Shown: positions 1-10,491 of the stretch, one piece after another
Numbering within the stretch: the stretch's first letter is position 1
How the letters are laid out: each line of letters starts with the position of its first letter
Origin: Polymyxa betae A26-41
Lineage: Eukaryota > Protista > Endomyxa: Phytomyxea
Assembly (NCBI GenBank): GCA_003693705.1
Contig: RBZT01000971.1
Span: forward strand, 1 to 60,812
Direction: 5' to 3'
Length of the DNA: 60,812 bases
The notes under the pieces: model-generated
Databases searched by the model: none
What the model was told of the DNA's origin: nothing
Seen by the model: the letters and a program-made list of their open reading frames with translations, nothing else
Translations under genes and position numbers: made by a program

Positions 1-4
1 TAAT

Positions 5-1315
5 ATGAGGAGAGATATGCAGAGGATCTGCAAATCGGGTCTCCATTGTTTACCAACGCGAAGTGGTTTCCGTAAGCCGCGACCGCTGGGAGAAGCGTGT
101 CATGGCAATGAAAATGGACAGGCTATTCACTTTGATTATCTGTATGTTTATCCCAAAAAGGAGAATGCCTATCATGATTTTGAATGGCTGCTTGTCATTC
201 GTGATGACTATTCCGGCATGGTAATGTTAACTTTAGCGGAAAAGCCGAACACGATCACAACCGTAGATGCATTGATGCAATGGCGATCATGGTTTGGGCG
301 CACAGAGGTCTTTGTTTCAGACCAAGCTTCATATTTTGTGTCACAGACAATGCAAGAGTTTGCGCGTAAATGCAACACGCGACAGCATTGGACAACTGCA
401 TACTCACACTATCCGAATGGCTCTATTGAAGTTATCAATAAGCATTTCTTGGCCTTGTTACGAGCATTGATATCAGAGCTCAGATGGAACAAGGAAGACT
501 GGCCTTGGTTGGTTAAGCTAGTGGAACACACTTTGGACCACAGACCGCAAGCCAGACTGCGAGGATTGGCGTCATACACGGTATGGACAGGCAAGGAACC
601 TGATAATCCATTAGACATTGTTTTCCATGATCCGTCCAGAAAACAAATCCCAGAAGAACGTATTCGGAAGTATGTTGAAAAGTTACAAATGAGTATGGGT
701 CATATGCATAAGATCATTGATGAAGCTACCGAGCGTGAGCGCCTAGCACACCGAAAGCACAGCAACAAGCGACAGAAGCCTAGCTTTGGACTCGGTGACT
801 ATGTATTAGTCGGGGTTCCATAGAAGAGACATGGGCAGAAGTTGTCGTTGAACTGGCGTGGGCCATATCGTGTGGTTGATCAGCTAAATGGTTATGTTTT
901 TCAAGTCGAAAACATTGTAACCAGAGCGAGACAACAAGTGCACGGAGATCGGCTGCAGTTCTATGTAGATAATATGTTGAATGTTACCGAGGATATCAAA
1001 ACGCAGTTTGCTTTTGATAATGCATCCTTTGACATAGACAAAGTGATCGACCTGCGTATGCATGAAGAGACTGGCGAACTCCTGCTGTTAATCCAATGGA
1101 AAGGATTTTCGGAGGCTGAAAACTCCTGGAACCAGCTACCTCAATTAACGCAGATGCACCTGCGTTGGTTAAGTTGTACCATGCTCGAAACAAATCACAT
1201 CAGTATGCCACTGAACTTAAGAACATTATTTCGGGGACTAAGGCTAGCGTGCGGAAATGAATTCAAGTTCGAATTTGGAATCCGGCTCACAGAGCGGTTT
1301 AGCTATGAAAATTAG
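5..1315 (+). pseudogene. Ty3/gypsy (chromovirus-like) pol 3' part: integrase core, GPY/F motif and chromodomain, decayed
   Basis: DDE core motifs HFDYLY...IRDDYSG...VSDQASYF...TTAYSHYPNGSIEVIN. An in-frame TAG at 821-823 is followed by LNWRGPYRVV (GPY/F) and a chromodomain FDIDKVID...LLIQWKGFSEAENSW, with a frameshift near 1130. Confidence 0.93.
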
Positions 1316-1335
1316 TCGCAAGGTGAACTTGCCTT

Positions 1336-1414
1336 GGGGGAGGTAGTGTGTAGTGAGGCTGTCTCACATTCAAGACAAATAGAACAACTGAGTCAATCGA
1401 TGCTAATGATTGAT
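1336..1414 (+). mobile_element. Polypurine tract and start of the 3' LTR of the gypsy element (truncated by an assembly gap)
   Basis: GGGGGAGGTAG (1336-1346) lies just after the pol end and is immediately followed by TG(TG)TAGTGAGG; N-gap begins at 1415. Confidence 0.65.
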
Positions 1415-1434
1415 NNNNNNNNNNNNNNNNNNNN
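1415..1434. other. Assembly gap (20 N)
   Basis: Run of N. Confidence 1.
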
Positions 1435-1564
1435 AAAGGGCCAAATCGCCACTGGGGCCCTGTGGCGGCGGAAACTGCGTGAGTCACCGTCCGGCCTCCG
1501 GAAGCCCGGAATTACCCTGGCCGGCCTGGACGAGACCTTGGGGCCTGGAATCTAATCTACTAAA

Positions 1565-2180
1565 TCATAATTCAATTGTGCTCTCAATTGTACTTTGTTC
1601 ACGTAGGAGACAAACGACACAACCGTTCAACGGTACTCCACGATTTGGCACCATTTTGAGCTTGACCATAGCAGCTTGAATCAGGTATACATGATCCGCC
1701 TCTTGCCGCAATTCTGTGTGAATCCATCTCAGCACAGCGTCAGTGACTAAGGAATCCTCATACTCCTCCCCGGGAAATCCATAATAAGCGATATAAATCA
1801 GCTTTTCTGGAGCGATTAAAGACCTCCACGTCACATATTCGCCCAGCTGCGAGCGACGTTCTCGAAAGTCTTTTGCTTTCTTCATACCACACTGACAATT
1901 CTGCTCTAGAGTTGCCAGCATAACGAGCGGGAGCATCAGCCTGAACCACAACAGCGGGCATGGCTTCAAAACGCCTACCTGGGCGCCTGTTGTTGTTAAA
2001 CTCCGCAACAACAGCATCATCGGAGTNNNNNNNNNNNNNNNNNNNNNNNNNNNNNNNNNNNNNNNNNNNNNNNNNNNNNNNNNNNNNNNNNNNNNNNNNN
2101 NNNNNNNNNNNNNNNNAGAGTGAGCTCTCATCCACAGACTGCTTGTCGTTGATTGCACCAGCCATCGCATGATAACACAT
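1565..2180 (-). pseudogene. LTR retrotransposon gag-like ORF fragment (family A, copy 1), frameshifted, contains a gap at 2027-2116
   Basis: MPAVVVQ...NSRAELSVWYEESK / TWRSLIAPEKL...AMVKLKMVPNRG aligns by eye with the gag at 7109-7658 (LPAVYWD...GSRAELALWYENAK...KWKNLIAPQFL...AMGGLVMKPSRG). It lies directly downstream of an LTR. Confidence 0.7.
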
Positions 2181-2181
2181 C

Positions 2182-2402
2182 TGTAAAGAATTCTTTATAT
2201 CGCTACTTGAGATCTCGATGTTAAGATTGCAATGATGAATGCAGAATGACTATAAGATTGATTACAAGCCGGCCCTTAAATATAGCCAGAGTCGGAGGAT
2301 AGCTCGGACCTCAGGGAGTTTCCGGTTCATCGGAACTTAGTCAATATAGTGCGCTTTCCGATGCATCGGAGCTTAGTCAATATAGTGCGCTTAATATTGA
2401 CA
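2182..2402 (-). mobile_element. 5' LTR of family A copy 1 (221 bp)
   Basis: Minus strand reads TGTCAATATT...GAATTCTTTACA (TG...CA with short terminal inverted repeat). Internal ~36-bp tandem duplication (catcggarcttagtcaatatagtgcgctt) at 2328-2392. Ends resemble those of the 8088-8388 LTR. Confidence 0.75.
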
Positions 2403-3020
2403 CAATCAGCACGCATTGCGCGATGAGTTTCTCCAAATCGGTCTCGGCGGCTGTATGTGTGAGCTCGTCGAGGATGGCGTCGGTCAGTCCGGCACGGAAC
2501 CAATACACTTACGGATTGTTGTCGAAGTCGGCGTCATGACAACGCGCCGGAATTCCGCAGCGTAGGCGACGACGGGACGTCGGCCCTGTCTTAGCTGCGT
2601 CAGCTTACTGACGGCGGTCTTGGCACGGTGAGGGTCGTCAAACATGGCCTTGAATTTTTCTTCGAAAGACTCCCATGATGAAAGCATGGGATCCTGGAGC
2701 TCGAGATAGGGCGTGATCCAGTCCAGGGCGGCGCCCCGGAGCAGCGAAGCGACGAACCCGGTCTTGGAGGCGTCGGTGGGGAGCGGTCGTGGGAGACTGA
2801 GAACTGAAGCTTGACACAATTAATAAATTGACGGAAGTGCTGACGTTTTAAGTCGTATTTTTCAGGGAGAGGGAGCTTGGGGGCTGCGGTCGGTTTCTTG
2901 GCTAGGGTTAAGGTTTAAGATTCGATCTGCTGGGAGAGCTCGGCGCTGCGTTGCTCTAGCTGCTTCTTGGATAGTTGCAGGTCTGAAACTTTGCCGGCGA
3001 GCTCTGCGACGACAATGGCA
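2403..3020 (-). pseudogene. Ty3/gypsy sushi-like Retrotrans_gag fragment, interrupted by the LTR at 2402
   Basis: KLPLPEKYD...FRQFIN and KTGFVASLLRGAALDWITPYLE...SWESFEEKFKAMFDDP...LTQLRQGRRPVVAYAAEFRR are typical of gypsy/PEG10-like capsid; frameshifted; GC-rich. Confidence 0.85.
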
Positions 3021-3140
3021 ACGTGTTCAGGGTTTATATAGGGTTCCGATCGGGTATTCACGGGTCAGGTATCGTCATTCTAACGGTACCGACCGGGAAA
3101 TTCGGGTCCGATACCGGTAGTACCGGTACCCGAAACACTA
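3020..3140. mobile_element. Probable hAT-type terminus or mini-element with CGGTAC/ACCGG subterminal repeats
   Basis: Clustered cggtac/accgg motifs; minus strand begins TAGTGTTTCGGGTACCGG at 3140, resembling hAT termini. No clean TSD found. Confidence 0.35.
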
Positions 3141-3179
3141 AAATTTGGAAAAAGGGAATAATAATGATGTTTTATTGTT

Positions 3180-4600
3180 TCAAGCCTTCAAAGCACATTT
3201 TCCGAAAATTAATGCGCTTAAAGTGTCTGGCTTCAGAGAAAACCGGCGCAGCCCTAACACATCTCGACCGCATTGAAGATCCGCTCTACAGACACTGATG
3301 ATCCTTAGATCCTGGAATGGAAATTATGTCTTTTGCTACTTGGCTTAAGAACGGAAACTGCATCGAATGGGTTTTCCAATATACCAGAGGGTCAATCGCT
3401 GGATGCTCACACTGCTGGTTTGAAAATTTGTCAACTTCGTCCGTCAACTGGCTTTCAGATGAGCTGTGAGTGAATAAAGAAGAGAGCAGCTCAGAATTTT
3501 CAGGCTCGGAATTGTTTTTAGAAATCTCGCTTGCTATTCCACCTGTGCTCTTTTTGTTCTGAGCCAGTGTCTTAAGATTGGAAACGGTTTGGGTAATCAG
3601 TCCCGGATAATCGACATCAAATTCCTTTTTTTCAAGATATGTCTTCTTGAATCTGGGATCCAAGAGAACAGAAAGCAGATACATGGCTGAGTCATCGGTG
3701 AATGCGTATTATTTGGCCAGCACGGTATGTGCTGCCGTCAATGGAATCGTCATTGCGTCATCCTGCACAGCCAATGCGACTTCACGTTCGATGAAAGCAA
3801 ACAATTTAATGAAAATTGGCATTACAAGCGAAAGAGTAGGGCACTTCTCCCCAGACATCATTTTGCTTTTCATCTTCAGACTTCTGCAGAATGCAGCACT
3901 CTGAACGGAGTTGATGCTCACCCAGCCTCACTTTACCGATCTCCGGATCGGTGCTGAGCCAATTCCTTAATCCTTTCCGGACTTGAAAGGCTCTTTGAAT
4001 CATATTAAAGGTGGAATTCCACCGAGTTGGGACATACAGAATTAACATTAACTTTTCAGTGTTGGCATGTTCGCATTGTCCAAGAAAACTTTTTCTTTGG
4101 ACCGGACTGCTCCGCAACTTCTTGATTATAAATCGCAATCGTTTGAACAGAGTAGATGCAGTAACATCGGATATCGTCATCCTGGACGATGCCTTATCAT
4201 CTTCCCCAAGACTTTTCAGAAAAGCTTTCACTGCAAGGTTGATAACATGAGGAAGACAGCGAATTCGAGATTCATTCGGATTCCATAAACCAATGGCGAC
4301 CTCGTTATCTTGCATGAAGGATTCTCAAATGGCAGAGATCAGAGTGTCGTTATTAGGGGCGTTATCCATTGTCAAGCACCCCAATCGGGCCGATAAATCG
4401 AAATTGTCTAACGTCTTCACAAGCTCAGCCATTCCAGAACCTGTATGGTCTGTAGTCTCCTCAAACGAAAGCAGCTTTTCAACCAATCTCCAATCCTGAT
4501 CAACAAAATAGACTGTTATAGCCAGAAAAGAGAACTGTTGATCGGTTTCGTCAGATCGCGATATAGTTGCTACAAAAATCGGCAGCACTTCAATCAGTGA
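3180..4600 (-). pseudogene. hAT (Ac/Tam3) transposase, 5'-truncated, with multiple frameshifts and stops
   Basis: SFLAITVYFVD..W, HTG, TMDNAPNN (D2), RIRCLPHVINLAVK (CxxH), PTRWNSTFNMI, LDPRFK, and dimerisation domain DPLVYWK...FPFLSQVAKDIISIPGS-SVSVERIF...RRFSLKPD; TGA at 3180-3182. Confidence 0.95.
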
Positions 4601-4940
4601 TAATGAGTTGTGTTTTATTTCCAGCTCGAATCCCAGCTTCATTCAGCTCAGTCCTTACGGACACCGTAGGACTCCGCGGGAGTCGAGCCCATTAATATTA
4701 CTGTACGTCTTCATACTTTAATCTTGTTCGCATCTTTGTTACGCATCAGATTTATGCGTGAGTCATCAAAGCTTATCTGCGTGCGCTGATCTTCAATTTG
4801 CGTACGCACTTTAAAAGGGATGTAAGATTTTATAATGTTTTTAATAAATCTGATACATCTGATTGGATGAAGTCCACATGTCTAGGCATAGGTGGACAGC
4901 AGAGTCGCTTCTTGCTATTGTCTCCTTTTTTGATCAAGCA

Positions 4941-6218
4941 TTAAATAAGGCAGCTTGGCCCATCAGACGGAAGAAAACATTCTGTTGATATTAAGCCCTC
5001 ATAATCGTCACTTTCATCAACCAATAAGTTTTCGTAGGCCGCAGTCCAGGCATCTTCCTGGTATGACTCACTGAACAGCGCCTTCAATGGGACATGAAGT
5101 GAATCGTAGTCAAATTTTTCCGCAGCGACGAGACCACATAAAGCAAACGATTTCTCGATTGCGGTTGGAGACTGCGTTTTTGTCCAATCAGTGACCCACT
5201 GTACACCGGCTTTCTTCTGCAAAGTGACATCTTCAGTGGCTTTTGCAATGTATGTGTCATACTGAGTACAGTAATACTGCTGGAAACTGCCGTTTACCTC
5301 TACACCTAAGGGTTGCAGAAATCTTGGTAAGATTTGGAGGGACAATCTGAACGAATATGCGATATTTCTCGAGCTCTTTTGATTCAGCCAACTTAACGTG
5401 CGGTCCATATGAGTCGATTATGAATAGAACTGGTAAGGCAGTTTCGCGACGACTTCGAATGGCTTTCTCGACTAAAGATCGCAGTATTTCCTCGCTGAAC
5501 ATTCCGGTCTTATTAATATCGCAATGAACATCCGCGGACAGAGTTGGCTTGTGTTTGAGTGTAGAGAACAGAAGATGAGGCTTAAGGAACGGTCCGTCAC
5601 CAGTTATCGAGAAAGTGACCGTGAACCTCTTGTGAGATGTACCTCCCTTTCCCATTAGGACTTCGCGTGACCCTTTCTTGGTGATCGTTCTCTTGGGCTC
5701 CGTTTCAAAATACCAAGGTACCTGATCCATATTGATTACGCCGCTTTATGATAGAGTGAATACTCTGAATGAAGGAGAGGCATATCTCATCAGCGTGTTC
5801 AGGAAGCGTCCTGGTGGCTGTCTGACGTCTAGAAACATACTTCCATCTTTGTTTGAACCTGGCGAGCCAGCCGGTGGACGCGCAAAGTCGCTTCGAATCT
5901 CATTTCCAGCTACGTTCATCGCAATAGGATGGAGGTTCCGCGCCTTCCCTTGAATATATTGATCTTTTACTCGTAATCCTTTCTTATTTTTCTCTCTAAT
6001 CCAGGCATCTAACTCCTTTTCAATTTGAAGGAACTTAGCGTTGGGTTCGCCACCAGGCAAACGGCGAAGAACGGCGGCTGCTTGAGTCAGGGATCGCGAG
6101 GGATGTCGCACTGCTTTGCTAATGCAGGAAGACCGTAACCCTTTACGCCTTTCCGGCACTGTCGGATGATATCCACCTTCTGTTTGATTGTGTAGTTCTG
6201 ACGCTTGGTAGGAGCCAT
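4941..6218 (-). pseudogene. pogo/Tigger-like (Tc1/mariner) transposase: CENP-B HTH plus DDE_1, frameshifted
   Basis: MAPTKRQNYTIKQKVDII; EKELDAWIREKNKKGLRV (HTH_Tnp_Tc5); NMDQVPWYF...HKRFTVTFSITGDG..LKP; LFIIDSYGPH; VPPNLT/LQPLGVEVNGSFQ. Confidence 0.92.
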
Positions 6219-6339
6219 GGTCAATAGACGATCGTCGAGCGAAAATCAGAGAGAGGCAAGGACGACACTCTTAAACTCCGCCACGGAGTGCGGAGACATT
6301 CAGGATCGGTACGATAAAAAAGTTTATTACTGATATTCG

Positions 6340-6425
6340 AATAACAACACCATGGTGTTCTAAACGAATCGAACGCCATGTCGGCTTCTTTTCGGACATA
6401 ACACCATTGTGTTAGAGGAAGACGG
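6340..6425 (-). mobile_element. Probable 5' terminus of the pogo element
   Basis: Minus strand CCGTCTTCCTC... starts at 6425, where the retro-protease sequence breaks off. Contains the perfect palindrome AACACCATGGTGTT (~6346-6359) and a degenerate copy at ~6400-6413. Partner TIR not found. Confidence 0.4.
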
Positions 6426-8083
6426 AAGTGTTTCCAATATATCACTTCCCAGGATAATTTCTTCACTACCGTAGGTATATCCCACATCAAGAAACGTTGA
6501 TCTTGTACAACTAATTCCCCAGCTTGTGTCAAGATCTTAATATTTAATGTTATGGATTGATGTACTTCCAGTGTGCTAACATTTGTCCCATAGTCTGATC
6601 AACAGTGGCTCGCTTAGCTCAAGTATCTTTAAGCTAAGAGTCATTTTGATCACCTCAAGAACTATATGCCTAGGTATTAATGACACATGGTTAGCACCAC
6701 TATCTAGGATCGCTCTCACTCTCTGTCAAATAACTCTATCAGTACACTCTTCTGAGGATCAATATTTACTGCAAACACTTTTTAAGAGGAAGTGTCCTTC
6801 TTGCTTTTATTTCTTCTTTAGATCAGGGCAGAGGGATTAGGGATGCCCGGTCTTTTTGCAAATATAGCAAACTAAGTTCTTGGCTCTCTCAGGATCAAGA
6901 AACTTCTGTTTCTTGGCAGCCGGCTTTCAATCCGATGGCTTGGAGCTAGGAAGATCCTCTCTCTTCGGTTTCTCGCCACCCTTGATCTTAGCGGCTTTGT
7001 ACTTGTCACTTGCGATCCGTTAAAATGATTGACCGAATCAAACATGACTGACTTTGCTCGCAGTACCTCAACAAACTTGAGGGGATCCTTACTGATCTCA
7101 CTCTGTTGTTAGACTTCCACTCGCAGCATCTCTTGCATCCCGAAGGGTCGCGCCGCATTCAACAAGTACTGGACCGCTTTCTCTTGGCCCTCTGGGCTCT
7201 CAAGGAAGCTGGTCCATCCGTTATCTTTCACGATCTTATCAAAATTGTAGAGAAGATCCGTGACGGCATCATTAGGCGAACCTCTGGATGGTTTCATAAC
7301 TAAGCCACCCATCGCCTGATCTATGTAATGTTGCTGGATGGATTCGTTACCCAGCCTGTCCTTAACCCAGCTGTGTATCTCCTCATCCGTCACCTCGGTC
7401 GGGTCCTTTTTCAGCACCCAGCTATGTACTAATGGTCCCTAAAAACTGAGGCGCTATAAGGTTCTTCCACTTGAATGGTGGCTGGCCTTCCTCTCCATTC
7501 ACTATGAAGGCTTTAGCATTCTCATACCAAAGGGCTAACTCAGCCCGGGACCCACCGCTAGATACTGTCGGCCTTCTACGGTCCCAATAAACTGCCGGAA
7601 GCCGAGCCTGCGTCATCGCTACGGACATCTTGCTAAACTGATCGATGGCCTGACACATGGTTTGTCAGGGCCTGTGTCCCTGCCAGAGTCCCAGGTAACG
7701 TAACTGCAGGCGCAACCAGTTCTACGGAGTGCGAAGCCTATACCGGAGTAGAACATTCCGAAAAACCCTCGAGCTTCCGCCAGTCCATTCCCAGTCACCA
7801 GCAACTTGGAAGATTCCTAGGACGTTCCTAGAAACTATTTAACTCCTGAATATAGCCTAGCATAGGTCATTCCGATTACCGCCTTTCGATAATACACATC
7901 AAACCTTGATCTCAGTCTCTATTCTCGCCTTCGACTTGAACACCAGCCGTATCGTTCTGGACCGGACCTTAACATGGTTGGTGTAAACTCCGGGTCCTGT
8001 TCAGGTTGGCTGCTGTCATAACGCTTAACCCCTTGCTCAGCAACGTCCTTGGTGTTGGTCATGGCTGGGTTGTGGGCCAGCAT
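6426..8083 (-). pseudogene. LTR retrotransposon gag-protease (family A, copy 2), decayed, interrupted by a solo LTR
   Basis: ATG at 8083; the frame is restored after removing 7663-7979. CCHC knuckle CYICKKTGHP*SLC at ~6828-6869; aspartic protease VRAILDSGANHVS at ~6681-6719. Confidence 0.88.
7663..7974. mobile_element. Solo LTR (312 bp) with 5-bp TSD TGGTT
   Basis: TGTCAGGG...CCTTAACA termini; TGGTT at 7658-7662 and 7975-7979; excision restores the host gag reading frame. Confidence 0.92.
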
Positions 8084-8087
8084 ACCA

Positions 8088-8388
8088 AAAGAATTCTTTA
8101 TGGCAAATTTTAAACTTTGATGTTACTGTTGCGATGTGAAATGAATTATGGAGTATGATTTATTGTCCGATGTAATTAGCCCATTAATAGTCTGAGGATT
8201 CACATGCTCGAGACAGCACTGCCACAAATTGGGACCCCTGGGAATCGACTGGGAAGATTCATCGATTTTAGAATCCACTCACGGAGTATTCTCCGACACT
8301 CATGAACCGAGTAATCTCCACCAATCACTCTTCCAGTGCTTTCTTGGTCAATAATTAATGTTACAGGTAACATTACTTTATATTGACA
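8088..8388 (-). mobile_element. 5' LTR of family A copy 2
   Basis: Minus strand starts TGTCAATATAAAG and ends ...TAAAGAATTCTTT like LTR 2182-2402; directly upstream of the gag ATG; terminal CA missing. Confidence 0.65.
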
Positions 8389-8509
8389 CACGCGCCAAGT
8401 TTAATAGCCCTTCGCAGAAATCCGCTTTTAAACTCTATCATTTACAAGATTCAAAATCGTTAAACGCAGAAGTTAAAAGCGGCCGAATGCGCAACTTTGA
8501 TAACCCCTA

Positions 8510-8827
8510 ATGGCACCAGGATGTCATTGCGAAGCATGATGGATTCATGATCGATTTTTGTCCGAAATTTCATTGCGAATTTAACTTTATTAAGTCCTGC
8601 GCGCGTCGAAATTGCACTATTCTCTTATGGACCTTCAAAAAGTTGTTCCAGTGTCGGATCTCTCAAATCAGGCGTTTGCCAGAAGTCTGAGAGACAAAGA
8701 AGGTAAGCCTTTGACATTTGGTCAAATAGAATATGCTGTTAAGAAATACAAAAGCCATCGTCGTTTTCCGATGCGCATTCATGAAGAAATTAGATTGAAA
8801 AATATCGGAATTCGAATAAAAAGCTAA
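8510..8827 (+). pseudogene. C-terminal fragment of an IS630/Tc1-like DDE transposase
   Basis: DFCPKFHCEFNFIK...ARRNC..YSL and AVKKYKSHRRFP resemble the PKFHCELN-type DDE_3 transposase C-terminus; frameshifted. Confidence 0.6.
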
Positions 8828-9161
8828 ACTTTACAAGAGAATTGCATTTTTCTTTTGTCAAAACAAAATTTACAAATGTCACTTTGAAGGTGATTTCACT
8901 GATTTGCACTGTATCTTTGGAAAAAATGCCCAAAAACCATGCGCTCACTTTTCGGACGCCTGAATTAAATTACCTGCCTAACTTGCAGAAATCCCTGCAT
9001 TTTCTGAAATACGGATTCGCTTTTTGTCCCACGAGGGCCGGAAATACGGGTATTTTTTGTCGTTGACCCTCAAATACGGAATATTTGGTCAGTCGGATTA
9101 TCATTATACTGTTGTCTATTAGAGTTATGCCGTTAGCAAATATCGTGGTCATAACTCATAA

Positions 9162-9487
9162 GGGCCCGTTTGGATGTCACGGAAAATTTCCGCCGGAACG
9201 CTGGAAATTTCCTGTGCGACTTGGGACGGGAATTTCCTGCCACGCAGATTCCTTGCAACCCGTTTGGATGCCAAGCGGCGGAAATTTCATAATGGATGCA
9301 TTCCCGTGTTCCGGCGTTCCCACGGGAATTTCCTGAGGTAAAAGCTGAGGAAAAATTTCACGGGAATAAAACGCCGGAATTCCCGTCCCTGCATTTTTGT
9401 CATCCAAACAGGGCGCAACCTCAGGAAACCGGAATTCCCACGCATTTCTGGGAATTCCGGCGTTTTTTGTGACATCCAAACGGGCCC
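9162..9487. mobile_element. PIF/Harbinger (Tourist-like) MITE, 326 bp
   Basis: Perfect 19-bp TIR GGGCCCGTTTGGATGTCAC (9162-9180 / 9469-9487); TAA TSD at 9159-9161 and 9488-9490; internal GGAATTTCC-type repeats. Confidence 0.95.
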
Positions 9488-9733
9488 TAAGTCCGGAATC
9501 TCGTTTCTTCCGCCGGCTGAAACTGGGCTGCTCTTCCTCCGGCTGAAATCAGGTTGCGCTTCCGCCGGGTTTGATGCTTGCGAAGTCATGCGATTGAACG
9601 GTAGGGGTTTTCTTCATGATATACATACATGGATGACATCTAATAAAACTAAGTCATGACAATAATAAAAACTAGTCTTAGCGCAGCAAAAACGTAATCC
9701 GCATCAATCGACCAACACCTGTATCTTCTTATC

Positions 9734-10323
9734 ATGCCAGGCTTTGAACGGCGCTCCCGATCACGATCGCCTTATGCACGTTATCGCCGAAGCTCGCGAT
9801 CGCGCTCTGTTTAATACCAGCGACATCATCGCTCTAGCCATCATTGTCGATCATATGCTCTAGATCGTTCAAGGCGCTCGCTCCATCAAGCTCGTTCACG
9901 AGGCACTCCCCGTCGTTCTCCTTCCCAACGATTATCACCTCCCTGTTCCCGTCCTCGGCGTTTATCGTCTTCTTCTTGTCGTTCTCGGCGTTTATCGCCT
10001 TCTCGTTTTCGTTCGCGGCGTTTATCGCCTTCTCGCTCTCGTTCTCGGCGTTTTTCGCCTTCTCGCTCTCGTTCTCGGCGTTTATCGCCTTCTTGTTCTC
10101 GTTCTCGGCGTTTATCGCCTTCTCGCTCTCTTCTCGGCGTTTTTCGACTTCTCGCTCTCGTTCTCGGCGTTTATCGCCTTCTTATTCTCGCTCTCGGCGT
10201 TTATCACCTAATCGTTCTCGTTCTCGGCGCTCGTCGCCTCGCTCTCGTTCACCGCGCTCGGAGATGGGCAGAGGCGTTCATTCAGGTCCTACTACATCAA
10301 CAACGGTACGATACGTACCGTAG
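9734..10323 (+). pseudogene. Arg/Ser-rich (RS/protamine-like) ORF inside the MULE
   Basis: ATG at 9734: MPGFERRSRSRSPYARYRRSSRSRSV*YQRHH...(RSRRLSPSRS)n...RSRSPRSEMGRG...VP*. One internal TAA (9812-9814) and a 1-bp deletion near 10131. Confidence 0.6.
9951..10250 (+). repeat. 30-bp tandem repeat (~9-10 copies), consensus GTTCTCGGCGTTTATCGCCTTCTCGCTCTC
   Basis: Directly visible head-to-tail copies without spacers. Confidence 0.95.
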
Positions 10324-10491
10324 ACTCTCTTATAATCGATATGGTCGGTGGCAGGTGTTTTTATCAAATATAAGAGAGTATTGATTATACGAGAATAAAC
10401 TGTGTTCGCAATTTTATTTATGCGTACGCAAAAATTTTATGCGTGACTGACGGATCGCGGAATCTGCGTGTTTCGAATTTGACCCGGGTCA

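Noticed and set aside
821-823. In-frame TAG/TAA codons in TE ORFs as evidence of an alternative genetic code or programmed readthrough
   Set aside because: Host genes end normally at TAA, TAG and TGA, and the same TE ORFs also carry frameshifts, so this is decay.
8390-8510. Possible additional TE terminus (minus strand GGGGTTATCAAAG...)
   Set aside because: No partner TIR or TSD found in the window.
9085-9589. ORFs overlapping the MITE and MULE TIR, and ORFs at 60128-60543
   Set aside because: They lie in non-coding MITE/TIR sequence and have no protein motifs.
9951-10250. 30-bp repeat array as a CRISPR array
   Set aside because: Head-to-tail copies without unique spacers, no cas genes, eukaryotic context.
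9844-10323. 159-aa hydrophobic SFSAFIAFSL ORF as a membrane protein
   Set aside because: Alternative frame of the RS repeat caused by a 1-bp deletion; the Arg/Ser frame is consistent on both flanks.
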